Assembly: GCA_963727485.1 (NCBI GenBank)
Contig: CAVSGM010000001.1
Coordinates: forward strand, 96,001 to 160,000
Origin: an uncultured delta proteobacterium
GTDB taxonomy: Bacteria; Myxococcota; Myxococcia; SLRQ01
Direction of reading: 5' to 3'
Length of the DNA stretch: 64,000 nucleotides
Of this stretch, positions 39,567 to 49,249 are shown piece after piece. Both the position numbers and the translations under genes were made by a program. The stretch's first letter is position 1. Each line of letters begins with the position of its first letter. The notes below the pieces were generated by a model, which made no database searches, was not told where the DNA came from, and was given only the letters and a program-made list of their open reading frames with translations.

Positions 39567-41522
39567 ATGCCGTCTACGCCTTTCCCGTCGTTCCGGCCCC
39601 TCCGGCCCGTCTTCCGCGTCCTCCTCGCCTCCGCCCTGGCCCTCGCCGCCGGGTGCGGCAGCAGCGACCCGGGCGTCCACGTCCAGCCCCCGGCGCCGGC
39701 GATCCTCGGCTTCGAGGTGGGCCAGACGCCGATCATCGCCGGCCAGAGCACCACCCTCACCGCCTACTTCACCAACGGCAAGGGCGCCGTGGACGGCGAC
39801 GTGGGATCGGTGGTGAGCGGCAAGCCGGTGACCGTGACCCCGACCGACACCACCACCTACGTCCTCACCGTCGCCGGGGCCGGCGGGTCCACCACCGCCA
39901 CCGCCAAGGTCGAGGTGGTCGCCGGCGCCAGCCTCACCGTCACCCTCGACGGCGCCCTCCCGCCGGCGCCCTCGGTGACCGTCATCGGGCCGAGCGGCGT
40001 GGTCGACACCCTCACCGCCACCAAGACCATCGACGGCCTGCCGGCGGGGAGCTACTCGGTCGAGGCCCCGGTGGTCGCAGACAGTGGCGTGCTCTACCTG
40101 CCGAAGGTCAACGGCGCCCCGGCCCAGCTCGGGACCGGGGGCGCGGCGACCATCGGGATCACCTACGCGGTGAGCGACTCGCCGCCGGTGCTCTCCGCCG
40201 TCGCCGACCAGCTGGTGATGCCCGGGCAGGGCAAGGACGTGCACTTCGCCGTCGCCGACGGGCAGGACCTGGCCACCGACCTCACGGTCACCGTGGCCTC
40301 GGGCGACACCTCGGTGATCCCGAGCTCGGACCTGGCCCTCTCGGGGACCGGCGCCGACCGGACCTTGAGCGTCACCGCCCCCACCACCGCCGGCGCCGCG
40401 CCGGTGACCCTCACCGTCAACGACACCGCCGGGCACGCCACCTCCGAGACCTTCCTGGTGACCATCCCCGCGGTGGTCACCACCCCCGCTGACAGCGGCG
40501 CCGGGAGCCTCCGGGCGGTGGTGGGCGCGGCGGCCACCGGCGAGACCGTGGTCTTCGACCCCAGCGTCACCGGGCAGATCCTCCTCACCTCCGGGGCCAT
40601 CGACGTCTCCCGGGCCGTCACCCTCGTCGGCCCGGGGGCGCGTAAGCTGACCCTGACCACCCAGGACAAAGGCTCGGTCTTCGCCGTCACCGGCGACCTC
40701 GCCGTCAGCGGGCTGACCTTCAGCCACGCGACCCAGGCGATCACCGTCGCCGACGGGGCGCGGCTGGCCGTCACGGACTGCGCCTTCGTGAGCAACACGG
40801 CCGCCAGCGGCGCCGCCATCGTCAGCACCGGGACGGTGGTGGTGCGCCGGAGCCTCTTCGACCGGAACGTGGCCCAGTGCCCGGGCAGCAGCCCCTGCTC
40901 CAACGCCGGGGCGGCGGTGCATCAGCTCGAGGCGAGCGGCGGGGGCCTGGCCTCGAGCTTCACCGCCTCCGACTCGACCTTCACCGGCAACGTGAACAAG
41001 ACCAACGGCGGCTCCGGGGCGGCGCTGGCCCTCGAGGCCGGCAGCGGGCGCCTCACCGGCTGCACCATTGCCGCCAACGACTGCCAGGGGACGAGCTGCG
41101 CCGGGGGCGCGGTCCTGGTGGTCTACGCCGGGGGTACCGCCGGCAGCAAGACCACCCTCGCCTTGAGCCGGACCATCGTCGCCGGGAACACCGGCGGCTC
41201 GCCCGCGGACCTCATCGCCGTCTCCGGGGGCCAGGTCACCGACGGCGGGGACAACGTCCTCGGGCACGTCACCGGCGTCACCGCCGTAGGCTCCGACGCG
41301 GTGGCGGTGAGCGATCCCAAGCTCGCGGCCCGGGCGAACCTCGGCGGGCCCACCGACGTGATGGTGCCGCTGCCCGGGAGCCCGGCCCTGGACCGGGTGC
41401 CGCTCGCCGACCTCGGCGGCGATCTCGTCGACCAGCGCGACGACACCCGGCGCGCCGACGGGGCCCTGGCGAAGTCCGACGCCGGGGCCGTGGACCGGCA
41501 GCAGAGCGATCCGACCCAGTAG
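39567..41522 (+). CDS. Lipoprotein with Ig/cadherin-like domains, right-handed beta-helix and choice-of-anchor Q-like tail (paralog 1)
   Basis: LAAGC lipobox; Thr/Val/Gly-rich; DSGAGSLR; STFTGN; PKL..LGGPT..PLPGSPALD..DQR..DAGAVD. Confidence 0.8.
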   Translation: MPSTPFPSFRPLRPVFRVLLASALALAAGCGSSDPGVHVQPPAPAILGFEVGQTPIIAGQSTTLTAYFTNGKGAVDGDVGSVVSGKPVTVTPTDTTTYVLTVAGAGGSTTATAKVEVVAGASLTVTLDGALPPAPSVTVIGPSGVVDTLTATKTIDGLPAGSYSVEAPVVADSGVLYLPKVNGAPAQLGTGGAATIGITYAVSDSPPVLSAVADQLVMPGQGKDVHFAVADGQDLATDLTVTVASGDTSVIPSSDLALSGTGADRTLSVTAPTTAGAAPVTLTVNDTAGHATSETFLVTIPAVVTTPADSGAGSLRAVVGAAATGETVVFDPSVTGQILLTSGAIDVSRAVTLVGPGARKLTLTTQDKGSVFAVTGDLAVSGLTFSHATQAITVADGARLAVTDCAFVSNTAASGAAIVSTGTVVVRRSLFDRNVAQCPGSSPCSNAGAAVHQLEASGGGLASSFTASDSTFTGNVNKTNGGSGAALALEAGSGRLTGCTIAANDCQGTSCAGGAVLVVYAGGTAGSKTTLALSRTIVAGNTGGSPADLIAVSGGQVTDGGDNVLGHVTGVTAVGSDAVAVSDPKLAARANLGGPTDVMVPLPGSPALDRVPLADLGGDLVDQRDDTRRADGALAKSDAGAVDRQQSDPTQ

Positions 41523-41980
41523 GGGGTGAGCCGGGTGTCCTCGCCGGCCTCCTGCGCGCCCGCCCGGTGACCCGCGGTGGCGTGCCCTGCCGCTTCGACG
41601 CCGGCGGCGCGGGCCGGGTGCGCTGGTCCCTCGGCCTCGACCGCGACGCCCGGGGGCTGGCCTGGGAGGTCCTCCTGGGGGCGGGCGTCACCATCCTCTG
41701 GGCGGAGGTCGATCCCGCCTCGGGCCGGGTCCTCCGCGCATGTCTCCTCTACTGACGCCGGGCGCCCGGGCGGAGCCGGATGGCGCCCGCAGCGGCGTGA
41801 TGGCCTCCTGGACCGAGCCCGCGCGTCCGGCGGGGCTCCGCGCCCACTCAACCGGCCGGTACCTGGTGCACGGGAACGTCGCCGAGGAGAGCGGGACGTC
41901 CGTCGTCGACGTGACGTCCGTCCCGTTCACCATGCGATCGGCACCGGAGGGGGTTCGGCTCCTTGTGTTAGCCTAGGAAC

Positions 41981-43900
41981 ATGCACTCATACACTTGGCG
42001 GATCCCCGGACGGATCGCGCTCCTCCTCGTCCTCGCCGCCGTCTCGTCCTGCGCCCGCAAGCCCCAGGTGACGCCGAAGATCTACGGCTTCACCGCCTCC
42101 GACACCTCGGTGATCGCCGGCAACCCCACCACCCTCACCGCCTACTTCAGCGGCGGCACCGGGACGGTGGATCAGGGCGTCGGTCCCATCCAGAGCGGCA
42201 AGCCGCTGCAGGTGATCCCCAAGGACAAGGACACCCGCTACACCCTCACCGTCGTGAGCGGCGGTCTCGACGCGAAGGCGGTCACGGGCCTGAACGTGAT
42301 CCCAGGCGCCAGCCTCCAGGTGTCCCTCACCGGCCAGGTGCCGCCCCTGCCCCTGGTGGCGATCGTCGAGCCCGGCAACCCGGCGACGGTGATCTCCAGG
42401 ACCACCACCCTCAAAGGCCTGCCCGCGGGCAGCTACCAGGTCGTGGCCGTCCCCAAGGTCGAGGGGGGCGTCCGCTACGATCCGACGATCACCGGCTCCC
42501 CGGTGAACCTCCCCGCCGGGGGCGTGGCCCCGGTCCAGGTCGACTGGGAGCCCACCGACACCCCGCCCTCGATCAGCCCGATCCCCGACCAGGCCATCGC
42601 GCTGACCTTCATGAAGCCCCGGGTGATCGACTTCACCATCGCCGACGGCGAGGACCCGGCGTCCGCCCTCACCGTCACCGCCACCGCCGACGATCCCAAG
42701 TTCCTCCCCGCCTCGGCGCTCCGGCTCGGGGGCAGCGGCGCCGACCGGACCCTGACCATCAAGGCGATGGCGCCCCTCGGCCGCAGCGAGGTGACCGTGG
42801 CGGTGACCGACACCGCTGGCAACACCACCACCGCGCACTTCATGGTGACCCAGGTCCAGGGGCTGGTACGCAACCTCGACGACTCGGGCACCGGGAGCCT
42901 CCGCGAGCTCCTGGAGGGGAACTCGGAGATGTCCATCGGCTTCGCGCCGGGGGTCCACGGGACCATCCACCTCACCAGCGGGCCCATCGTGGTCCGGGCG
43001 AACCTGAAGGTCTATGGCCCGGGGGCGGACCAGGTGCGCGTGGACGGCGGGGGGCAGGGCGCCATCCTGAAGGTGTCGAGCGGCGGCCTGGTGATCCACG
43101 GGCTGGCGTTCACCCACGGGAGCCCGGCGGTCGAGGTCACGCCCCTCGGGCACTTCGAGGCCACGGACTGCGCCTTCACCGACAACCAGGCCGACGCCGG
43201 CGGAGCCATCTTCGACCAGGGGACGGCGACGGTGACCCGCAGCCTCTTCCAGGGCAACGTCGCCGACTGCGGCGCCGGCTGCGCCAGCGGGGGCGGAGCG
43301 GTGCGCGTGGAGACCGTCGGGAATCCGGCGTCGTTCACGGTCACCGACTCGACCTTCACCGGCAACGTGGCAAAGAGCGTCGGCGGGGCCTCCGGGTCCG
43401 CCATCGAGGTGCAGGGCGGGGCCGTCAACATCCGCGACTGCACCCTCGCCGGGAACCTCTGCCAGGGCGTGGGGTGCGTCGGGGGGGCGCTCTCGGCCAA
43501 GGTGGTGACGGGGGCCAGCGTCACGCAGACCAACGTGACCCTCGCCGGCGACATCATCGCCGGGAACACCGGGGGCGCCACCGCCGACGTCCTCGTCGAG
43601 AGCGGGGTGGTGGTGAGCGACCAGGGCTACGACGTCCTGGGGCCGGTCAGCGGCTACACCCCGCCCGTCACCGCCTTCCGCAACGTCGTCGACCCCCACC
43701 TCTCGAGCCTCGGGGGCCATGGCGGTCCCATGCCGACGATCGTGCCCCTGCCCGAAAGCCAGGCGCGGTTCCTGGTGCCGCTGACGGTCGTGGGCGGGGA
43801 CGGCCTGGACCAGCGGGGGCAGGTGCGCCGGGCGGTGCGCCAGGTCGGGCGCTCCGATGCCGGGGCCGTGGACCGTCTCCCCACGGACCCGACCGGCTAG
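41981..43900 (+). CDS. Beta-helix/choice-of-anchor Q-like lipoprotein (paralog 2)
   Basis: VSSC lipobox; same colinear motifs (LTAYF, GADRTLTI, DSGTGSLRE, DQRG, DAGAVDRLPTDPTG). Confidence 0.8.
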   Translation: MHSYTWRIPGRIALLLVLAAVSSCARKPQVTPKIYGFTASDTSVIAGNPTTLTAYFSGGTGTVDQGVGPIQSGKPLQVIPKDKDTRYTLTVVSGGLDAKAVTGLNVIPGASLQVSLTGQVPPLPLVAIVEPGNPATVISRTTTLKGLPAGSYQVVAVPKVEGGVRYDPTITGSPVNLPAGGVAPVQVDWEPTDTPPSISPIPDQAIALTFMKPRVIDFTIADGEDPASALTVTATADDPKFLPASALRLGGSGADRTLTIKAMAPLGRSEVTVAVTDTAGNTTTAHFMVTQVQGLVRNLDDSGTGSLRELLEGNSEMSIGFAPGVHGTIHLTSGPIVVRANLKVYGPGADQVRVDGGGQGAILKVSSGGLVIHGLAFTHGSPAVEVTPLGHFEATDCAFTDNQADAGGAIFDQGTATVTRSLFQGNVADCGAGCASGGGAVRVETVGNPASFTVTDSTFTGNVAKSVGGASGSAIEVQGGAVNIRDCTLAGNLCQGVGCVGGALSAKVVTGASVTQTNVTLAGDIIAGNTGGATADVLVESGVVVSDQGYDVLGPVSGYTPPVTAFRNVVDPHLSSLGGHGGPMPTIVPLPESQARFLVPLTVVGGDGLDQRGQVRRAVRQVGRSDAGAVDRLPTDPTG

Positions 43901-45009
43901 AGCTCCGCGGCAAGCTGGCCGGCGGCGAGGAGGCGCCGGTAGAGCCGGTCGAGCTCGTCGTCGGCGATGGCGAAGGCCGCCTCGCCGATGGTCAGCTCGG
44001 TGATCCCCCGCCCGGGGACGTCGCTTTGGCGCAGGTGGGTGAGCAGGCAGACCCCCTCGGTGCGGGCGATGTCGGCGCTGGCGTCGAGGAGCCGCTCGGG
44101 GTCGCCGGAGAGCGCCAGGTGCATCATGTTGGTCTGCGGCGGGTCGGGGATGAGGGTGACCCCGGGGATCGCCCGGAGCACCTTGGCCACCTCGCCGGCC
44201 CGGCGGACGTAGTCGGGGATCCGCGGGAGGTGGGTGCGCAGGCCGGCGCGGGCGCCGAGGACGTAGGGGTAGAGGGCGTAGAGGTTCCCGCCGTGGCGGC
44301 GCAGCCAGATCCGCGCCTCGGCGACGAGGTCGTCCGGGCCCGCGAGCACCGCGCCGGCGAGGCCGCCGAGGATCTTGTAGAAGCTCACGTAGACGCTGTC
44401 GAAGTGCCCGGCGATCTCGGCGTAGGGGCGATCGTAGAACGGCCCGGTCTCCCAGAGCCGCGCCCCGTCGAGGTGGAGGGCCACGCCATGCTCTCGGGCC
44501 CACGCCGCCTGGGCCTCGAGCTCGTCCCAGGTTGGCAGCTGCCCGCCGATCTCCCGCTGGGGGAGCTCGAGGAGCAGGGCCGAGAGGGGCTCGACGATGG
44601 CGTCGAGGTCGGCCCGGGTGATCACCCGGTGCCGCGCGCCGACCAGGCGCGCCTGGAGCCCGTGGAGCGCCGCGTAGCCGCGCTGCTCGTGGAGCTCGAG
44701 ATGGCAGGTGGGGTGGAAGGCCACCGGCCGGCCGCCGCGGCGCTCGGACCACAGGCGAAGGGCGATCTGCTGGGCCATGGTCCCCGACGGCATGAACACC
44801 GCCGCCGGCTTGCCCAGGAGCGTCGCCACCTCGCGCTCCAGGTCCTCGATGAGGGCGCCTTTGCCGTAGACGTCGGGCCGCTCGTCCTGGCCGACCTCGT
44901 CGGCGAGCGCCGCCAGCACCTCCTGCGGGGTGCGCCGGCCGTGGCCGGCGAGCAGCCGCTCGCATCCCCGGAACGCCGCCTGCCGCGCCTCCGCTTTCGT
45001 CTCTGCCAT
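43897..45009 (-). CDS. ltaE: Low-specificity L-threonine aldolase family (PLP-dependent)
   Basis: DVYG..LE..LLGKPAAVFMPSGTMAQQIAL, LHLDGARL, PLP lysine in SFYKILGG, QTNM. Confidence 0.88.
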   Translation of the reverse strand: MAETKAEARQAAFRGCERLLAGHGRRTPQEVLAALADEVGQDERPDVYGKGALIEDLEREVATLLGKPAAVFMPSGTMAQQIALRLWSERRGGRPVAFHPTCHLELHEQRGYAALHGLQARLVGARHRVITRADLDAIVEPLSALLLELPQREIGGQLPTWDELEAQAAWAREHGVALHLDGARLWETGPFYDRPYAEIAGHFDSVYVSFYKILGGLAGAVLAGPDDLVAEARIWLRRHGGNLYALYPYVLGARAGLRTHLPRIPDYVRRAGEVAKVLRAIPGVTLIPDPPQTNMMHLALSGDPERLLDASADIARTEGVCLLTHLRQSDVPGRGITELTIGEAAFAIADDELDRLYRRLLAAGQLAAEL

Positions 45010-45041
45010 GGCGGGAGCCTACCGCGATCGCGCGCCGGGGA

Positions 45042-45320
45042 TCAGCGGGCGTCGCCGACGTCCGCCTGCCCGGCGTGGACGCGATCGATGGCGGCCTGGA
45101 GCCGGGTGATCATCTCCTCAAGGTCGAGGCGGTGGACCACCGCGGCCCGGCGCACGGTGAGGGCCTTGGCCAAGAGCTTGCGGAGGTCGTAGCGGGCGAC
45201 CCGCTTCACCCCCAGGGTCTCCATCACGTCGGCGACGTCGCCGTAGCGGGCGAGGACGTCGCCGATGCGGGTGTCGGCGGTGACCCGCATCGGGGCTGCG
45301 TTGGGATCGGCGGTGGGCAT
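45042..45320 (-). CDS. Small DUF1858-like protein
   Basis: VTADTRIGDVLARY..V..LG..TVRRAA.VH.LDLEEM..RL pattern; GGAGG SD. Confidence 0.6.
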   Translation of the reverse strand: MPTADPNAAPMRVTADTRIGDVLARYGDVADVMETLGVKRVARYDLRKLLAKALTVRRAAVVHRLDLEEMITRLQAAIDRVHAGQADVGDAR

Positions 45321-45332
45321 CACCGGCCTCCT

Positions 45333-46577
45333 TCAGGCAGGGGCGCCGGTGGGCGCCGGGGCAGGGTGGGGCGGGGCGAAGCGGACCTCGGTCACCCCCT
45401 GCTGCACCCGCTCGAGGAGCCGGCGGCGGATGCCGAGGGCCCCGAGGACCGGGAGCGCCAGGCGGAAGAAGCCTTGGATTTGCCACCGCGGGGCCCCGAG
45501 CATGAAGTAGCCGAGCTGGCGCTGGAAGGTCTGCATCGCCGCCACCTCGCCCTGGCGTAGCGCCTGGAACCGGCGGCCGAGGGCGTCGTCGATCCCGTGG
45601 CCCTCGGCGTGGGCTTCGAGGAGGAGGTTGGCGGCGACCACCGCGTCGCGCATGGCGAGGTTGATGCCCTGGCCCCCCACCGGGGACATGGTGTGGGCGG
45701 CGTCGCCGATGAGGAGCACGCCGGGGGCGTACCAGCGCTCGGCGCGGTCGGACTGGACCCGGAGGAACTGGGTCCGGGTCTCTGGCGTGAAGCCGGCCTC
45801 GAGCTCGGGGCGAAGCGGCGCCGGGGCGTCGGCGAGGAGGAGCCGCCGCCGGGTCTCGAAGTCCTTCGCCTTGAGGCCCCGCTCGTCCCGGCGGCCCCAG
45901 GCCATCTGGAGGCCGCCGTCGCCGGCGAGGTAGAGGATGAACACCGCGTCGCCGGTGAGGTAGGCGCGGAAGCCGTCGGGGACGAGCGCGGGATTGGCGG
46001 GTGGGGGCAGGCGCATCCAGAGGATGTTGAAGTGGGTGTCCACCGGGGTGACCGGGATCCCGAGCCTCCCCCGCAGCCCGGTGCCCCGGCCGGCGGCGAC
46101 CACGACGTCGCGGCCCCGGATGGTCTGCCTCTCGTGCCCCTGGCGCACCACCACCCCGGCGGCCGGGCCGTCCTCGTAGACGAAGTCCTCGGCGACGGCG
46201 GAGAAGGTCGCCCGGTAGCGGCCGGTGGCCTCGAGGCGCGCGTGGAGCCAGTCGAGGAACCGGGACTGGAAGAGGATGAGGCCGAAGTCCGGGTCGTCGC
46301 CGTCGCCCTCGAGGCTGGCCAGCGGCCGGTCGTCGAGGTGGATCCGGGCGGCGTGGGCGGGGCGGGCGATGCCCTCGGCGAGGAGGGTGTCGAGGAGGCC
46401 GAGCTGGCGCAGGAGGCGCAGCACCGAGAGCTGGATGCCCTCGCCCCGGAACTCCCGGTGGAAGTCGGGGTGGCGCTCGAGGAGGTGCACCCGCTCGCCG
46501 GCCTCGACGAGCAGGTACGCGAGGAGCATCCCCGCGGGACCCCCGCCGACGATCACCGTCTCCTCCCGGGGGCTCAC
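45333..46577 (-). CDS. FAD-dependent monooxygenase (UbiH/FAD_binding_3 family)
   Basis: IVGGGPAG, LERHPDF.REFRGE, LIGDAAHTMSPVGGQGINLAMRDA; GTGA overlap with the TetR stop. Confidence 0.88.
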   Translation of the reverse strand: MSPREETVIVGGGPAGMLLAYLLVEAGERVHLLERHPDFHREFRGEGIQLSVLRLLRQLGLLDTLLAEGIARPAHAARIHLDDRPLASLEGDGDDPDFGLILFQSRFLDWLHARLEATGRYRATFSAVAEDFVYEDGPAAGVVVRQGHERQTIRGRDVVVAAGRGTGLRGRLGIPVTPVDTHFNILWMRLPPPANPALVPDGFRAYLTGDAVFILYLAGDGGLQMAWGRRDERGLKAKDFETRRRLLLADAPAPLRPELEAGFTPETRTQFLRVQSDRAERWYAPGVLLIGDAAHTMSPVGGQGINLAMRDAVVAANLLLEAHAEGHGIDDALGRRFQALRQGEVAAMQTFQRQLGYFMLGAPRWQIQGFFRLALPVLGALGIRRRLLERVQQGVTEVRFAPPHPAPAPTGAPA

Positions 46578-47164
46578 GAGGTCCGCCTCCGCCGCCGCGC
46601 CGGCGGCTTGGCGAAGAGGACCTGGCGCAGATCGTCCCAGGCCGCCTGGGGATCGCCGTGGCTGGCGGCGCACCCGCGCATGGCGCCGGTGACCATCCAG
46701 GCGACCACCTCGGGCCTCACCGAGGGGTCGAGGGCGCCGTTTGCCTGGGCCTCCTTCAGGCAGCGGCGCACGAAGGTCACCGACCGGCGCATCTGCTTCT
46801 GGAGCCGGGCGCCCCCCTCGGGGCCGACGATCTGCTGGAGCCGGTCGGTGAAGGCGAGGCGGAGGACGTCGGGGTGCTGGGAGACGGCCTCGACCCGCTC
46901 CACGAAGAAGCGGCCGAGGCGCTCGACCGGGTCGCCACCCCCGCGGGGGATGGGGGTGAGGTGGGCCTCGAAGCGGGCCACCGCCGCCTCCAGCAGCGCC
47001 TGCTTGCTGGGGAAGTGGCGGAAGACCGCGCCGTCGGTCAGCCCCACCGCCTGGGCGATCTCCTTGATGGTGAGGGCACCGGCGCCGTCGTGGGACAGGA
47101 GGTGGAGGGCCGCGTCGGCGAGCTGGGTGCGGCGGGCCTCGGTGGGAAGTCGGGGGGACGTCAT
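46574..47164 (-). CDS. TetR family regulator
   Basis: RRTQLADAAL..LTIKEIAQAVGLTDGAVFRHFPSKQALL. Confidence 0.9.
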   Translation of the reverse strand: MTSPRLPTEARRTQLADAALHLLSHDGAGALTIKEIAQAVGLTDGAVFRHFPSKQALLEAAVARFEAHLTPIPRGGGDPVERLGRFFVERVEAVSQHPDVLRLAFTDRLQQIVGPEGGARLQKQMRRSVTFVRRCLKEAQANGALDPSVRPEVVAWMVTGAMRGCAASHGDPQAAWDDLRQVLFAKPPARRRRRTS

Positions 47165-47166
47165 GC

Positions 47167-47200
47167 AAGTAAGTATTTACTTATGAACGGACGTTGTCAA
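47167..47200 (-). promoter_or_regulatory. Sigma70-type promoter with overlapping palindromic operator for the TetR operon
   Basis: Minus strand TTGACA-N17-AATACT, 7 nt before ATG 47164; AT-rich inverted repeat AAGTAA-N4-TTACTT at 47167-47182. Confidence 0.75.
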
Positions 47201-47275
47201 GAGGCGCCCCGGTCGGGGGGCGCCTGCCGCGCTGGCCGGTCTGCATCGCGGCGCCGGCGATGCTACGGTGCCTCG

Positions 47276-49249
47276 ATGCGCCCCCACGCTTCGATCCCCT
47301 CGCTTCGCCGCCTCCCGGCCGCCCTGGCCGCCTGCCTCGTCGTCGCCGGCTGCGGCGGGGGCACCAAGACCACCAAGCCCCCCACCCCCAAGCCGGCGGC
47401 GCCCGAGATCCTCGGCTTCGTGGCCGCGGACGCCCAGGTGGTCTCCGGCACCGGCACGAAGCTCACCGCCTACTTCACCGGCGGTACCGGCACCGTCGAC
47501 GGCGGGGTGGGCGCGGTGAAGAGTGGCACCCCGGTCACGGTGACCCCGACCGCGACCACCCCCTACACCCTCACCGTGACAGGCGACGGCGGGACCAGGA
47601 CGGCGACCGCGACGGTCACCCTGGTCGACGGCGCCAGCCTCGAGGTGAGCTTCGGCGGCGACGTGCCGCCCGCGCCCCAGGTCGCCGTCGTCGGGCCAGA
47701 CGGCACCACCACCCTGCCCACCCAGGCCACCACCCTCACCGGCCTCGTGCCCGGCGACTACCAGGTGGTGGCGGCCAGCGCCCTCGACGCCGGCGTCGCC
47801 TACCAGCCCACGGTCACGGGCTCGCCGGTCACCCTCACCGCCGGGGGCTCGGCCACCGTGGAGGTCGACTGGCGAGCAAGCGACACCCCACCCCGGGTGA
47901 GCTGGGTCCGGCCCCAGTACGTCGTGCCCCAGGCGCCGACGGTGATCTCCTTCACCGTCTCCGACGCCGAGGATCCGCCGTCGGCGCTCACGGTGACCGC
48001 CACCCCGAAGGACACCACGGTGCTGCCGGCGTCGGCGCTGGCGCTCGGGGGGACCGGGGCCGATCGAACCCTGACCATCACCAGCCCGGGCCCCGCGGGG
48101 GACACGGCCGTGGAGCTGGCGGTGACCGACACCGCGGGGCACACGACCACCGAGACCGTCCCCGTGGCGCTGGTGACCCAGGTGGTCACGACCGCCGCCG
48201 ACGCCGGGGCGGGGAGCCTCCGGGCGGTGATGGGCGCCGCCCCCGCCGGGAGCGCCGTGGCCTTCGCGCCGGGGCTCCAAGGTCCGATCACCCTCACCAG
48301 CGGCGTCCTCTCCGTCGACCACGACCTCAAGATCCTGGGCCCCGGCGCCGGCGCGCTGGCCCTCGACGGTGGCGGGACCCAGGGCCTCTTCGACGTGAAG
48401 GCCGGCGCGACCCTCCAGGTGAGCGCCCTGACCTTCCAGCACGCCAAGACCGCGGTCCACGTCGAGGTCGGGGGCGTGCTCCGGGTCTGGGACGCCGCCT
48501 TCGTGGACAACGCGGCCGTCATCGGCGCCGGCATCTTCGACGAGGGGGAGGCCACGGTGACCCGGAGCCTCTTCAAGGGCAACGTGACCGACTGTGGCGC
48601 CGGGTGTGGCACCCTCGGCGGCGCCGTCAGCGTCCTCGGCAACTCTGCCGCGGCGTCGTTCGCCGTCAGCGACTCGACCTTCACCGGGAACGTGGCCAAG
48701 AGCGCCGGGGGCAGCGCCGGGGCCGCCATTGGCGCCACGTTCTTCTACGGGGGCACGGTTGCGGTGCGGGGGTGCACCGTGACCGGGAACCTCTGCCAGG
48801 GCCACTATTGCGGCGGGGGGGCGATCAGCATGGTGGCACGCGGGATGGGCGTCACCGCATCGCCGCTGGCGCTGCTCTCGATTGCCAACAGCATCGTCGC
48901 CGGGAACACCGGGGGGAGCCCCGCGGACGTCATCGCCCGGGGCGACCCCTTGGCCCCCATCCGGACCAGCAGCCACACCGACGTCCTCGGGGACCTGGAC
49001 GGCCTGACCCTGGACCCCACCGACCTCACCGGCGTCGTCGATCCCAAGCTCTCGGCCCTCGGGGACCACGGGGGGCCCACCGCCACCCTGGTTCCCCTGC
49101 CCGGGAGCCCGGCCCTGGGGCTGCGGGTCCCGACGACGTTCGGTGGCGACCCGGTGGACCAGCGCGGGAACCTTCGACGTCTCGTGAACGGCGGCGTGGC
49201 CTCCGACGCCGGGGCCGTCGATCGCCTCCCCACGGACCCGACCGGCTAG
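47276..49249 (+). CDS. Beta-helix/choice-of-anchor Q-like lipoprotein (paralog 3)
   Basis: ATG 47276 within ORF 46658..49249; VAGC lipobox; same motif series; ends DAGAVDRLPTDPTG. Confidence 0.8.
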   Translation: MRPHASIPSLRRLPAALAACLVVAGCGGGTKTTKPPTPKPAAPEILGFVAADAQVVSGTGTKLTAYFTGGTGTVDGGVGAVKSGTPVTVTPTATTPYTLTVTGDGGTRTATATVTLVDGASLEVSFGGDVPPAPQVAVVGPDGTTTLPTQATTLTGLVPGDYQVVAASALDAGVAYQPTVTGSPVTLTAGGSATVEVDWRASDTPPRVSWVRPQYVVPQAPTVISFTVSDAEDPPSALTVTATPKDTTVLPASALALGGTGADRTLTITSPGPAGDTAVELAVTDTAGHTTTETVPVALVTQVVTTAADAGAGSLRAVMGAAPAGSAVAFAPGLQGPITLTSGVLSVDHDLKILGPGAGALALDGGGTQGLFDVKAGATLQVSALTFQHAKTAVHVEVGGVLRVWDAAFVDNAAVIGAGIFDEGEATVTRSLFKGNVTDCGAGCGTLGGAVSVLGNSAAASFAVSDSTFTGNVAKSAGGSAGAAIGATFFYGGTVAVRGCTVTGNLCQGHYCGGGAISMVARGMGVTASPLALLSIANSIVAGNTGGSPADVIARGDPLAPIRTSSHTDVLGDLDGLTLDPTDLTGVVDPKLSALGDHGGPTATLVPLPGSPALGLRVPTTFGGDPVDQRGNLRRLVNGGVASDAGAVDRLPTDPTG

